A DNA stretch of 49,131 nt from NCBI GenBank assembly GCA_002104905.1, contig MCFE01000658.1, forward strand, positions 1 to 49,131, written 5' to 3'. The notes under the pieces are model-generated. The model worked only from the letters and a program-made list of their open reading frames with translations. It was not told the DNA's origin and ran no database searches. Shown one piece after another: positions 1 through 10,800 of the stretch; position 1 is the stretch's first letter; the number at the start of each line of letters is the position of its first letter. Source of the stretch: Basidiobolus meristosporus CBS 931.73 (taxonomy: Eukaryota > Fungi > Basidiobolomycota). A program made the translations under genes and the position numbers.

Positions 1-156
1 TGCCTGTCCAATTGCATCAAGTGTTCTACTGTCACCCATGCAGACCTTCCTTGAAAGAGTTTTTTAGTATTTGGCATCAAATTTATCAACCATGGAAAAA
101 TTCCAGTAATAGAAGTAGCAGACAGTTTGGAAAGTGCCAACTTGGGGCTTAAAACT
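1..156 (-). mobile_element. Degenerate copia PBS + gag start (relic)
   Basis: Reverse complement after the LTR end reads AGTTTTAAGCCCCAAG...CTGTCTGCTACTTCTATTACTGGAATTTTTCC, matching the PBS/gag start at 40836-40900 (GGTTATGAGCCCCAGG...TGTCTGCTACTGCTATTACTGGAATTTTTCC). Confidence 0.8.
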
Positions 157-501
157 TATTGTAGGAGTCTGGAGATAGTGGAACTGATTGGGAGCAAAGT
201 GGATTGTGTGGTTCTCACCTGATAATATATTAAATGTAAAGGTAGTGTTTATGCTTTTACATGGTACTGGCAGAACAAACATATATAATATGCTGACAAA
301 AGTCCCACAAACATGTGTACAAAATTTGGGGTTGTTTGGACAGCTTTGAGAAATTTCATGCTCTGGGTACCCAATATTGTGGTGAAATATCCATGGTACA
401 TCCCAACAGGGAATTTAATCAGAACCTTTTAAGATCCGTAGGTAATGATCTGCATGACTAAATTTGGTGAATGCTTAGATGTAATTACAAAATTTAAAAC
501 A
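157..501 (-). mobile_element. Diverged copia LTR (5' LTR of a relic element)
   Basis: Aligns by eye along its length to the 350-bp LTR at 41649-41998; termini TGTTTTAA...CTACAATA. Confidence 0.85.
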
Positions 502-727
502 GGGTCAACCTGATAAAGCATTAAGATTCAGAAGAGTTATACTGAAGCAATCATTATGTTATATCAGTGGGAGTTATAGAAATCTACACATAAGGTCATC
601 AGGGAAAGGGAAGTTGAATTCAGTAAAAATCACTACTATCTATCAGCAAGATTAAATGTTATCATGATTGACTCAGCCAGTGAAAATCATAAAATATATG
701 GCTGGGAAAAGGAAAAATTCCATTGTT

Positions 728-741
728 GGGTCACGTGACCC
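728..741. promoter_or_regulatory. Perfect 14-bp palindrome GGGTCACGTGACCC containing E-box TCACGTGA
   Basis: Seen directly about 90 bp upstream of the XAP5 ATG; a bHLH (Cbf1/USF-type) site is inference. Confidence 0.45.
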
Positions 742-828
742 ACGAGGGGGCATTTTTCAATAAAGGGAATTCTCAATGGGTAAGAGTGGCCCATTATCAG
801 GTAGTGTACCGGGTACAGAACAAGCATC

Positions 829-2248
829 ATGGCCGAGTACAAGGGAGGGAATTCGGAGGGGCTTCGACAAGCGATGCTCGAGAAGCAACGACAGAAGATG
901 TTGGACGATTTCGAGAAGAAGCGAGAGCAGATCACCAAAGTAACTTTTTCGCCCTTACCTTTGACGAACCAACGAGAGGACTGACGAACTTCCGGGGGGT
1001 GGCGGTGAACTAATTTCCAGGATAGTAAGGTGCGCATCGGTTCCGACAAGTTCGTCTCGCAACACGACTCCACGGAGACCATGCTGAAGAAATCCACCAT
1101 CGGGTTGGTTCAGTTGGAGGACTTCCAGCGGATCCGCTCGGAGATCGAGCTCAGACGTGCCCAGGAAGCGGCCAAGACGCTGGTGAAAGAGTAAGTAGAG
1201 GAGGTGTCGGTTGGGCGGCGGGGGAAGCGAACGGTTTAGTAACCACGTGGGTTCTCTTCAGTGACGACAAGAAGAAAAGAAAGAAGAAGAAGAAGGAGAC
1301 GAGTCGGTTGTCGTTTGCCCTAGAGGAGGAGGGAGAGATGGAGGGCGAAGAAGGTAAAGGGCTGTTTGGCAGTTGCTCGATGGAACCCTCGCTCACCATG
1401 TACCTAGTGGAAGCAAAAGAAATCAAGAAGGTTAAACTTGGAAAGAATCCGGACGTGGACACGAGCTTCCTCCCGGATCGTGATCGCGAAGCGGAGGAGA
1501 AGCGTCAGAGGGAAGAGCTACGCGTCGAATGGCTGAAGAAGCAAGAGATAATCAAGGGTGGGTGACAAACGGAGGTTTGAGCACGAGTGGGCATGGCTAA
1601 CGGGCACCTTGCGTCCAGATCAAGACATAGAGATCACCTGGAGTTATTGGGATGGAAGAGGTCATAGAAAATCCACCAAGGTTTGTTCGATCCTCCCGCC
1701 TGGTGAATTCCAGCGTCACTCATTTCGTTGCGGTTTAGTGCAAGAAGGGAGACACGATCTCCACCTTCCTGATCAAGTGTCGGGAACAAATCCCCGATAT
1801 CAGAGGGGTCCACGTGGACAACCTGATGTACATCAAAGAAGATCTCATCATCCAACATGTATGTTGTCCGCGCACCATCCGCCGCGCCTAACATTGCCAG
1901 CTAACCTTTGGCCGCTGTAGCACTACACGTTCTACGACTTCATCATCAACAAAGTCCGCGGCAAGTCAGGCCCACTCTTTAGCTTCGATGTGAAGGAGGA
2001 CATCCGTCTGGTGAACGACGCCGCGGTTGAGAAGGAGGAGGTAAGTGGCTGGCATTGCTGCTCGACGCGTAACAGTACTCACCTCCCGTTTGCTTTAGTC
2101 GCATGCAGGGAAAGTCGTGGAGAGGGCGTGGTACGAGAGAAACAAGCACATCTTCCCTGCCTCTCGGTGGGAGCCTTATGATCCCGAGAAGGACTACGGG
2201 AAGTATTCCATCAAGGACAAGCGAGAATCCACCGAGCCCACCATGTAG
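829..2248 (+). CDS. XAP5: XAP5/FAM50 family nuclear protein (multi-exon)
   Basis: Spliced exons read [11 protein letters not shown]..., [112 protein letters not shown]; GT-AG introns. Confidence 0.93.
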
Positions 2249-2375
2249 ATTTCCAAATAAAGTAGGATGGACCAATATCGTATGTACGACTAGTAGAATT
2301 TATTATATATACCAGATACAAAACTATACAAAAAGACCCGGATTTGGTTACATCAATAACGACTGGTTGTGAGCC

Positions 2376-4445
2376 TTAATCTTTTCGTACTTCCACGGAG
2401 TCGTTGGGGACCCACGCGAAGTCCATGTCTTCCGGGAGTTCACTCAGATTGGTGAACGTTTGGGTGTGCTGACGAAGGGAGGGGGGGAGCTTGTCGGCGT
2501 TACGTGCTAACCGAGCGGATCTGCGCACTGGGGTCAGCACGACGTTGCAGTCCAGTGATTGTCTAAGCTTACGCGATGGGGTGATGCAAGTGTACACCAG
2601 TTGGCTAGCTTCGTTTTCAACCTCCTCCTCCAGCTGCTTTTTCACAGTGCTAACACGCTTTCCAGTAAGCTTCTTTTTCGTTGACTCCCCAGCTGGGGTG
2701 TCAGCATTAAGCAGTCGAGCGGAACGACGCACCGAGTCCAGGGCTGAGGCTTTGCTACGGCCTCTGCGTGTAGCTTTGCGGGGGGTGCTTACACTGATAG
2801 AAGCCTCATCACCACAGCATTCACTTATGGCAACTTGATCGAGCATGTTGGTCATGTCCTCGACCTCCTTCGATGGGACATCCTCCGTTTCACTCATATT
2901 TGTGGTCTCTTCATCTTCATTAGCGGACTCCTCTTCGCTAAAGGTCACATTGGATTCTAGCACAGGAGGTGCCATAGTATCATCATCACTCACGAATGGG
3001 CTACATCTAACCTCCCGGGGCAGTTCAAATACGGGGTCTTGCTCTTTGACCTGGGAATCACTGCTGTCGAAACCATTTGAGGCCCCGTCGACAGTGCTAT
3101 CACCAGTACGCCCCGAGGTTTCCGAAGCTAGCTCGCAGTCTACAGAGGATTCTTTGGAAGCGTGACCATCCATCTGGAAGCGGATGTTGATGGGCTCAAA
3201 CTCCACCATTTCCCCGAGTTCGCGGTGACGACCAATGAAGCGGTTGATGGCCACCTTAACATCCTTAGTAGGCTTGGCTTTCATTTGCTTGCCCTTTTGA
3301 AGCAGACCCAGCGCAACCTGGATGTTCCCGCATTGTTCTTCGAATTTGGCACGCTCGATCCAGTAATCGGCGGTGTAGGTGATATGCACCGTGCCGGACT
3401 TAGGAGGTGCGCCAAGAATCTCGAACATGGCTCGAGTAACCTCCTCCTCACCGGTAGCGGCATACTCCACTACCTTCGACAAGCGGAAGAGCGAGATGCC
3501 ACGAGATGGGACGAACTCTTCGAGCAGGATTTCCTTGGTTTGGGCATCGATCACCTGGAGGATCTTCGGGGTCGGTACGGCGAAAGCCGACTTTCTGGAT
3601 TCCACCAATTGTTGCTTTTGAATCAGGTGGAACTTGTGGACGATGGATGCGACATTTCCGGAGGCATCCTCAGTTGCCTGGTCGCACTGCTTGGGTGCTT
3701 CTTGAGGCTCTGCGGCATTTACAGGCTCGAGTTTAACGATCATACATGGGGAAGTCTGGGTACCAATGGTGGCATATCGGAGGGCACGGCGGGGCGTCTT
3801 CATGATACAACGGGATGTCTCAACCCTTTGTGCTGGCTTGCGCAGAGATGTGAGAGTAACATCGTTGAGGGGACCGCGTCTGACAGTTACTTGAGTAACT
3901 CGGTTGGCAGAAAGATTGATCCTGGGGCTGTTTCTTTTCACCATGGGAGAGCGTTTCTTGTGAACGAGTCTACTCCTTCTGGTTGTTTTGGGGGAGGATC
4001 TGATCGGATTGGACTCTGGGTTCTGAGACTTCAAACTTGTGCTCAAGGTGCCTCTAGTCAGTCTGCTGGTCACAGTGTTCGCGGCGAAGGTGGTCGCCCT
4101 TCTTGCGGCGGGCCTATTGGCCGGGGTTCGAAAACGCGACATGTTGGTCGCATCTTTGGCTTGTGTGGCAGGAGCCAGTGAGTAGGAAGGGTTTTGCTGC
4201 AAGACCAATCGATTGGATATCGCAGTTCTAGGCAGCTTGTTGGCAGTCCGCTGAATAGGGGTCTCGGTGAAGGGGACACGTGGGAAAGTTTTTTTCACGG
4301 TGGCCGGAAGGCGTCTCACGCTGTTGGCAACGCTCAACGGAGCTTTGTTCAACGATTGCCCAGTATTTCGTAGCTCCTCCTTCCTCTTGCGGAACTCCTC
4401 GAGCATCCGACGGCGCTCTTCCTGGGCGGTATTCATTGTTTCCAT
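2376..4445 (-). CDS. 689-aa basic/low-complexity protein with CKAP2_C-like motifs (putative spindle/microtubule-associated)
   Basis: Uninterrupted ORF; YWIERAKFEEQCGNIQVALGLLQKGKQMKAKP and two (TP)VRRSARL motifs resemble the CKAP2 C-terminal domain; many S/T-P sites. Confidence 0.6.
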   Translation of the reverse strand: METMNTAQEERRRMLEEFRKRKEELRNTGQSLNKAPLSVANSVRRLPATVKKTFPRVPFTETPIQRTANKLPRTAISNRLVLQQNPSYSLAPATQAKDATNMSRFRTPANRPAARRATTFAANTVTSRLTRGTLSTSLKSQNPESNPIRSSPKTTRRSRLVHKKRSPMVKRNSPRINLSANRVTQVTVRRGPLNDVTLTSLRKPAQRVETSRCIMKTPRRALRYATIGTQTSPCMIVKLEPVNAAEPQEAPKQCDQATEDASGNVASIVHKFHLIQKQQLVESRKSAFAVPTPKILQVIDAQTKEILLEEFVPSRGISLFRLSKVVEYAATGEEEVTRAMFEILGAPPKSGTVHITYTADYWIERAKFEEQCGNIQVALGLLQKGKQMKAKPTKDVKVAINRFIGRHRELGEMVEFEPINIRFQMDGHASKESSVDCELASETSGRTGDSTVDGASNGFDSSDSQVKEQDPVFELPREVRCSPFVSDDDTMAPPVLESNVTFSEEESANEDEETTNMSETEDVPSKEVEDMTNMLDQVAISECCGDEASISVSTPRKATRRGRSKASALDSVRRSARLLNADTPAGESTKKKLTGKRVSTVKKQLEEEVENEASQLVYTCITPSRKLRQSLDCNVVLTPVRRSARLARNADKLPPSLRQHTQTFTNLSELPEDMDFAWVPNDSVEVRKD

Positions 4446-4550
4446 GCTAAAAAAGGGAAGGGGAAAGTTAGTGTTGGACTGAGCCGGCGCGAGTCAGTGT
4501 CTGGTATGAACGGTGAATAAGAAAAACAGTGGAAAGCACGTATAACCGTC

Positions 4551-4556
4551 ACGCGT
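4551..4556. promoter_or_regulatory. MCB-like ACGCGT element
   Basis: ACGCGTGAAAACGC about 105 bp upstream of the CKAP2-like start; function inferred only. Confidence 0.3.
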
Positions 4557-4714
4557 GAAAACGCTATGTTGTCAAATAGTGAGTTTGCCAAATGTAAACA
4601 AACTCAGATACAATGGAGTGCGGTTTCATTGGTCGAGATCACATGATCCAGGGTGGTGCATGAAGCCTCCTCAACTCGGCCAAGAAAATTTATTTACGAG
4701 AATGAAATCTATTT

Positions 4715-4754
4715 CCACATCAATCCCACATCAATCCCACATCAATTCCACATC
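4715..4754 (+). repeat. 11-bp tandem repeat (CCACATCAATC)x3.6
   Basis: Direct reading; lies between two divergently transcribed genes. Confidence 0.9.
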
Positions 4755-5003
4755 CCTCCCCACCCACAACAGTTGTAAGATCCGGTGGCAGGATTGATCA
4801 GCTATTCGTTTAGCCAAATTTGTTAGTTATCTATCAGGTTAAGTAGGCTGATTAGCTCATCTGCTAAACAGGATAGATGAGATAAGTGGGAGGGGAATAT
4901 TTGAGGGATTCGTCCAGTTACCAAAAAGTGAACCTTCATCACTTTGAAATCAACGTAGAAAGGTTATTTCCGTATCTGACCACCAGTGAATACCCCCAAG
5001 AAA

Positions 5004-7532
5004 ATGGCTTTTGGGTTTAGACTTCCGACTTTACTCGTGTATCTGCTAACCTTGCTGCCATACATATCGTATGCCTTTCACGTCCCCGGGTTCACCCCAA
5101 ACGTCTACAAAGAGAACGATAACATCCCACTTTATGTCAACAAAGTGTTCTCTGACAAGACTCAGCTGCCCCATGCTTACCATGACTTGCCGTTTGTGTG
5201 TCCCAACCCCGATGCCAAACGTTCCATGTTGAATCTGGGCGAGATCCTGAGTGGAGACCGAATCTACAACTCCGAATACAAGGTATACGTTCATCCACCC
5301 CTGACCCCACACGTGCTCCTGCCTACTAACCCATCATAGCTTCATTTCGGAGAGAACACCGAGTGCAATAGGCTGTGTACGTTACAAATCACTGCGGAAG
5401 ATGCCAAGACCGCCCAAGAAATGATTAGGGATGACTATCGCGTTGAATGGTATTGAGAACTCCGGAATGGTCAACCCGACGACAGTCGGAACTAACCCCC
5501 CCCCCTCTTCAAAGGATTGTAGATGATTTACCCAGTGCTGCGCCCTACCATACCGTGGAAAACACCAAAAAAATGTACGAAGCAGGTTTCCACTTAGGCC
5601 AAGTTGACCCCAAGGTTTCCGCCCATTTCAGATACCCACCAACTGCACTATCACTTCCTAACTCACTCCACCCTTTCCAAGACCTCGAAAACTTACCTCA
5701 ACAACCACGTCCTGATCAACATTCTCTACGAAACCAAAGAAGCAGACCCAACCGCCCGGCTGATCGTAGGATTCGAGGTGTATCCTTACAGGTGAATATC
5801 GACCAGTCTCTTCGCAACATCCTAGGTACAGCTAGCTAACGGCCCTCAGCATCGAGTCTGCCGCCCAGTGTCCCAACATCAAGCTCAACAACGATCAAGC
5901 GGTCCCAAAGAAGGAGATCTCGAGCCAGGATACTTCGATCGACTTCACCTACACTGTCGTTTGGACCAAGGTATTGATCAGGCGGTGTTGCTTGTGTGGG
6001 CCTGATGTTGACGTGTTCGAATGAATCTAGGAAAATGTCATCACCTGGGGCACCCGATGGAGCCTGTACATGGCCAACAATGATCCCCAGATCCATTGGT
6101 ACTCGATCATCAACTCCATGGTCATCATCCTGTTCCTGACATCGATGGTGGCCGTGATCATGCTGCGCACGCTCAACAGAGATATCTCTCTTTACAACGA
6201 TGAGGACTTCAGGGTCAGTGTGTTCATGTGGATGCATCCTTGCTTGGCGTCGGTATTGATTCGGTGTAGTTTGAGGAAGCGCAAGAGGATACCATCGGAT
6301 GGAAGCTTGTTCATGGAGATGTCTTCAGGGCACCTAAGTACGGCGGCCTGTTTGCGCCCCTGGTCGGTACTGGTGTCCAGCTGTTCATGATGTTCTTTGC
6401 CACCATATGTAGGTATTCCTTCTTTCCGACATCAGCCACCCGTGCTAAACCTCTTCTAAAACCCAGTCTTTGGGCTTGTTGGCATCCTCAATCCTTCATA
6501 CCGCGGGGGCCTCGTCTCATTTGCCTTGTTTTTATTTGTCTTCATGGGGTAAGGGATATAGTTCCGTTGCGCCGTACCAAATGCTAACCGAGATTCCAGA
6601 ATGTTCGGAGGGTACTTCAGCGCACGTCTGTACAAAGTATTCAAGGGGAACTCGTGGAAGAAGAATGCGTTCATGGTATTAGTAGGCGTGATGGGGTGAC
6701 ATTTCCCTTCTCTAACCCACTTCCCCTAGACCGGCTTCGTTGTTCCCGGGTTCATATTTGGGATCATCTGCGTGCTCAACATCTTCGTCTGGGCCCAGCA
6801 TTCATCCACCGCCATTCCGTTTGGGACATTCTTTGCACTGGTGTCCATGTGGTTCTGCATCTCGATGCCCCTGATCTTCGTTGGGTCATTCTTCGGATTC
6901 AAAAAGCAGGTGATCCAACACCCGGTACGAACTAACCAGATCCCACGTCAAATCCCTGAACAAGTGTGGTACATGCAGCCTATCCCGAGGTAAGTGAGCG
7001 TGGATTGCATGGTTGTGGTGTGACGAGCTAAAATTTCAAACCCAGCGTCTTGGTCGGCGGGTTGATGCCATTTGCTGTGATTGTGATCGAGCTCGTGTTC
7101 ATCCTCAAATCGATATGGCAAGACCAGTTCTACTACATGTTCGGCTTCCTCTCCCTGGTGTTTGTCATCCTCGTGATCACGTGCATCGAGATCACCATCG
7201 TCATCACGTACTTCCAGCTCTGTGGCGAGGTTTGTGAGATCTAAATTCGGCTTGGAATCGGCGTAGCGGCTAACCTTTATGAATCCGAACAGAACTACTT
7301 GTGGTGGTGGAGATCCTTCTTTGTTGGCGGCAGCTCTGGGCTGTACATCTTTTTATACTCGTTGATGTACTGCTTCGCGCATCTCCACATCACCCACTTC
7401 GTATCGTTCCTAGTGTTCGTCACCTACAGCTTTGTCGCATGCGTGATATACGCACTTGTGACCGGGTCCGTATCGTTCCTGGTCACCTACTTCTTTGTTC
7501 GTAAGATATTCCGCGCGGTGAAGCTTGATTAA
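5004..7532 (+). CDS. Transmembrane 9 superfamily (EMP70/TM9SF) protein, multi-exon
   Basis: Signal peptide, AFHVPG..., [71 protein letters not shown]-terminal KLD. Confidence 0.95.
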
Positions 7533-7808
7533 GCCACTTCACAGGCTAGCCTCCTAGGAGCGTTCGCCTCCCCCTCCACGTCATCATCGCCGCCCAACCT
7601 TTGTCAAATATGGCTTCACCGTAAATTTCATCCATTTCCAATCATTAATTTATACGTATTGGACCGTTCCACTTGATGCGGTCAAGGGAAAAGAATAAAA
7701 TCCTAAAGAGACGCTTCAATGCATCGGTAGTGTGACTTCAATTCGATTTATTGTTCATTGAAATAGAAGAGGGGATGGGATTATGATACACTTTGGGGTT
7801 GATATTCG

Positions 7809-10800
7809 CTAGCGACTGTTGGATCGGAACTTGGCGATCACGAACCCGGTGACCACGATGTTGAACAGCCAGAACATGCACATGAAGCCAAAGTTCCGCC
7901 AGCGGTGATGATAACTCCATCCCAGGGGAACGAAGAAATCATCTCCCAGGGAAGCAGAGCAGTACTCACACCCGGTTGTGGCGTTGTAGTTGTTCAAATA
8001 GCCGGCGGCCTTCGTCAGGAATTGGCCAGCGTATTGTCCGCAGGTTTGACCAGAGGGTGGATTGAATACATAGAATTCGTCCGGCTTGCAGGTCACTTTG
8101 AAGTTGTGTAGCTCGTTGACCACTAGCCCTTCGATCCAGTAATGGAATGGATCTAACCAGTACATCCATGCTCTCCAGAAACCTGGCATCGAGTTGTGAG
8201 GGACAACCACACCGCAGAACAGATTGAGCATGGAGAAGAAGAAGGGGTTGAGTAAGGCGGCCATTTGCTTGCTGGACGAGAATGAGGCGATCATTTGGCC
8301 TAAGGAGATGGTAAAGAAGGCGAAGACGACATACATGAGCCACGAGTAGATGGCATGGGCAGAGGCCTCGCTGTAGCCGCATATGTAATAGAAGATCAGC
8401 CAGAATGTGGTGATGGTCACCAAGAGGAACGGAAGCTCGGTTAGCATGATGGAGAGCCAGAAGGGCTTCCATCCGTACATTTTACTGGAATGCTCCCTGT
8501 TGTAGACGTTACGTTCCTCGATGAATCTAGGCTGGGACAGATTCATGAAAATCGTCCCCATGACGGAAGACTGGAAAAGAGCGAACACACGCGCCTGTAA
8601 CTCTCCTTGACTGTGACCCATCTTGTAAAACGAAAAGCCAAGAAGAAGGGAGAAAACGGTACAGAACATGTGCCTTCCGAGGTTGTAGGTGGGGTTACGC
8701 CACCACGAGAGAGCCATTCTGGTCCAAACAACCTTCAGCTGGGTACCGAATGGAGTGGCAAACTCCCGCTGGTTTTTCAGCTCCTCCCTGGTCAACTGTT
8801 TGGGAGTGATATGATCAAGTGTTTGTTGTGTTTGCTTCTTTTCGGGGGACTCGTTCCATATGGATGGCCAATCCAAGGCCCGTTTATCATTGATGACATC
8901 AAGAATATATTCAGCTGGGTTGGCATCAGGAGCACAAGAAGGAGCACCGTTACGCTCAAAGTAGCCCAAGATAGTCTTCGAGTCAGGGCCCAGTTCTCCG
9001 AAGTAGACGGTCTTACCACCGCGAGCAAGGAGCAACATGTGGTCGAAGAAGTCGAAGAGGACCGCACTCGGTTGATGGATGGTGCAGAGAACAGCCTGAC
9101 CCTGGTTAGCCAACTTGCGCATGAAACGGATAATGTTGAAGGCAGCCTGTGCATCCAGGCCAGACGTTGGCTCGTCGAGAAAGACCAACTTGGGCTTGGC
9201 GACCAACTCTACACCAATGGTCAGACGTTTACGTTGCTCTACTGAAATGCCAACACCAGTTTCGACATCTCCGATGACAGCATCAGCGATATCCTCCATT
9301 TCCAGAAGTCTGATGATCTCCTCTACATAGGCATCTTTCTCAGCCTTAGACACCTCTGCAGGCTGTCTAAGGTAAGCGGAGAATTGGAGGGATTCTCTCA
9401 CGGTCACGGCAGGGTTGTGGACATCCATCTGCTCGCAATAGCCAGTGGTACGTTGGAAATCTGGGCCAATTGGACGCTCATCCACCAAAATATCGCCCGT
9501 CACTTTACCGATAGACTTACGTTGAGCTAGCACATCCAGAAGCGTCGTCTTGCCTGCGCCAGAAGCACCCATAAGAGCAGTCATCTGGCCTGGCTTGACC
9601 CAACCATCAATTTTGTTCAGCAGCTGTTTACCTTCAGGGAATCCTTTGGCCGGCACTACGTAGTCAATGTTGTGCCAGGTGAAAGTGGTCCCCTGAAGCT
9701 GGATATCATCGGACTTCTCATCCACCTTCACTCTTGATTCCTGGCCTGTCTCTTGGGCGAGTTTTTTTGTGGGCTTGAACATGTTCAAGGTGAATCCCCC
9801 TCTTCCGAATTGCTTGACCTCCATGGCAATCATGGCGAGGATGGAGTACAACACCCACCAGCAGATAACAGTGACCGTGTCTTTCCACATATCGTGGGTA
9901 TTGTAGCCGAACGATTTAATCAAATAGTCGGCGCCATCCACGTAATTCACACCAGGCTGACTGCCAGCCAGGGTGCATGTTTGATAGTCGATGTTGGTAT
10001 ATCCAGGCCCCCTGGGCACCAGGTCAAACTCAGAGCATGTAAATCGTAGCCCGTGGAACTCGTTGGACATCAGTGCTTTGAAGCCATAGGCAAGCGGATT
10101 GATCCAATAGATCCATACAAACCAACCGTGCATATTGTTCTGAGGAATCAGGTATCCGGTGTACAGAAGAAAGGCTACAAGCACCAGGCCTGACGTACGG
10201 GTTGCCACGTCGAAATTCGGCGAGTAGGCAGCGAACATTCGGAAGTAGGCCGTGAGACTGAAACTGCATACCAATAGAATAAACATAAAGTTGAAGAACT
10301 TTCCAGCTTCTGCCTGCAGACCAGCAGTCCAGTATAGAATGACCGAGAACAGGATGATCTGTATCATCATGAACGGGATGTCCGCAACCATCTGGGCAAT
10401 GTAGTAAGCGCTTGGATAGTAGAAGGCAAATGACTTGTGTTTGTACAGGATCGAACGACCGCTCATAGCAGTTGGGACTTCAGCCTGTGCCACTAGGGAG
10501 TTGAAGAGGAGCGAAAAGAATAGAACACCACCACGTGTAAAAGCCCCCGAGGTGTTATCGGTCGGAAGCTTGAGGAAGGCGGTGCCTACAATGGCTGCCT
10601 TAATCAGGATAGACGAGTAACGGGATATAAGGGCGGCCCGGTCTCCGAGAGTCAGTTGGAACTGACGAAGCGTCAGTGCTTTCACTTGCTGTACGTAGGA
10701 GGTGGTGTATGGGGATTTGTTTGGAACGTGTTTTTGTTTAGATTCCTCGACATGTTTTCGGAAATCCTTCTCAGGTGCGGCTCTACTCAGGTAGTCCTCA

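Noticed and set aside
2491-4482. Long antisense ORFs over the CKAP2-like, ABC, chitin synthase, RhoGEF and LINE genes
   Set aside because: Shadow ORFs expected opposite real coding sequence; no motifs.
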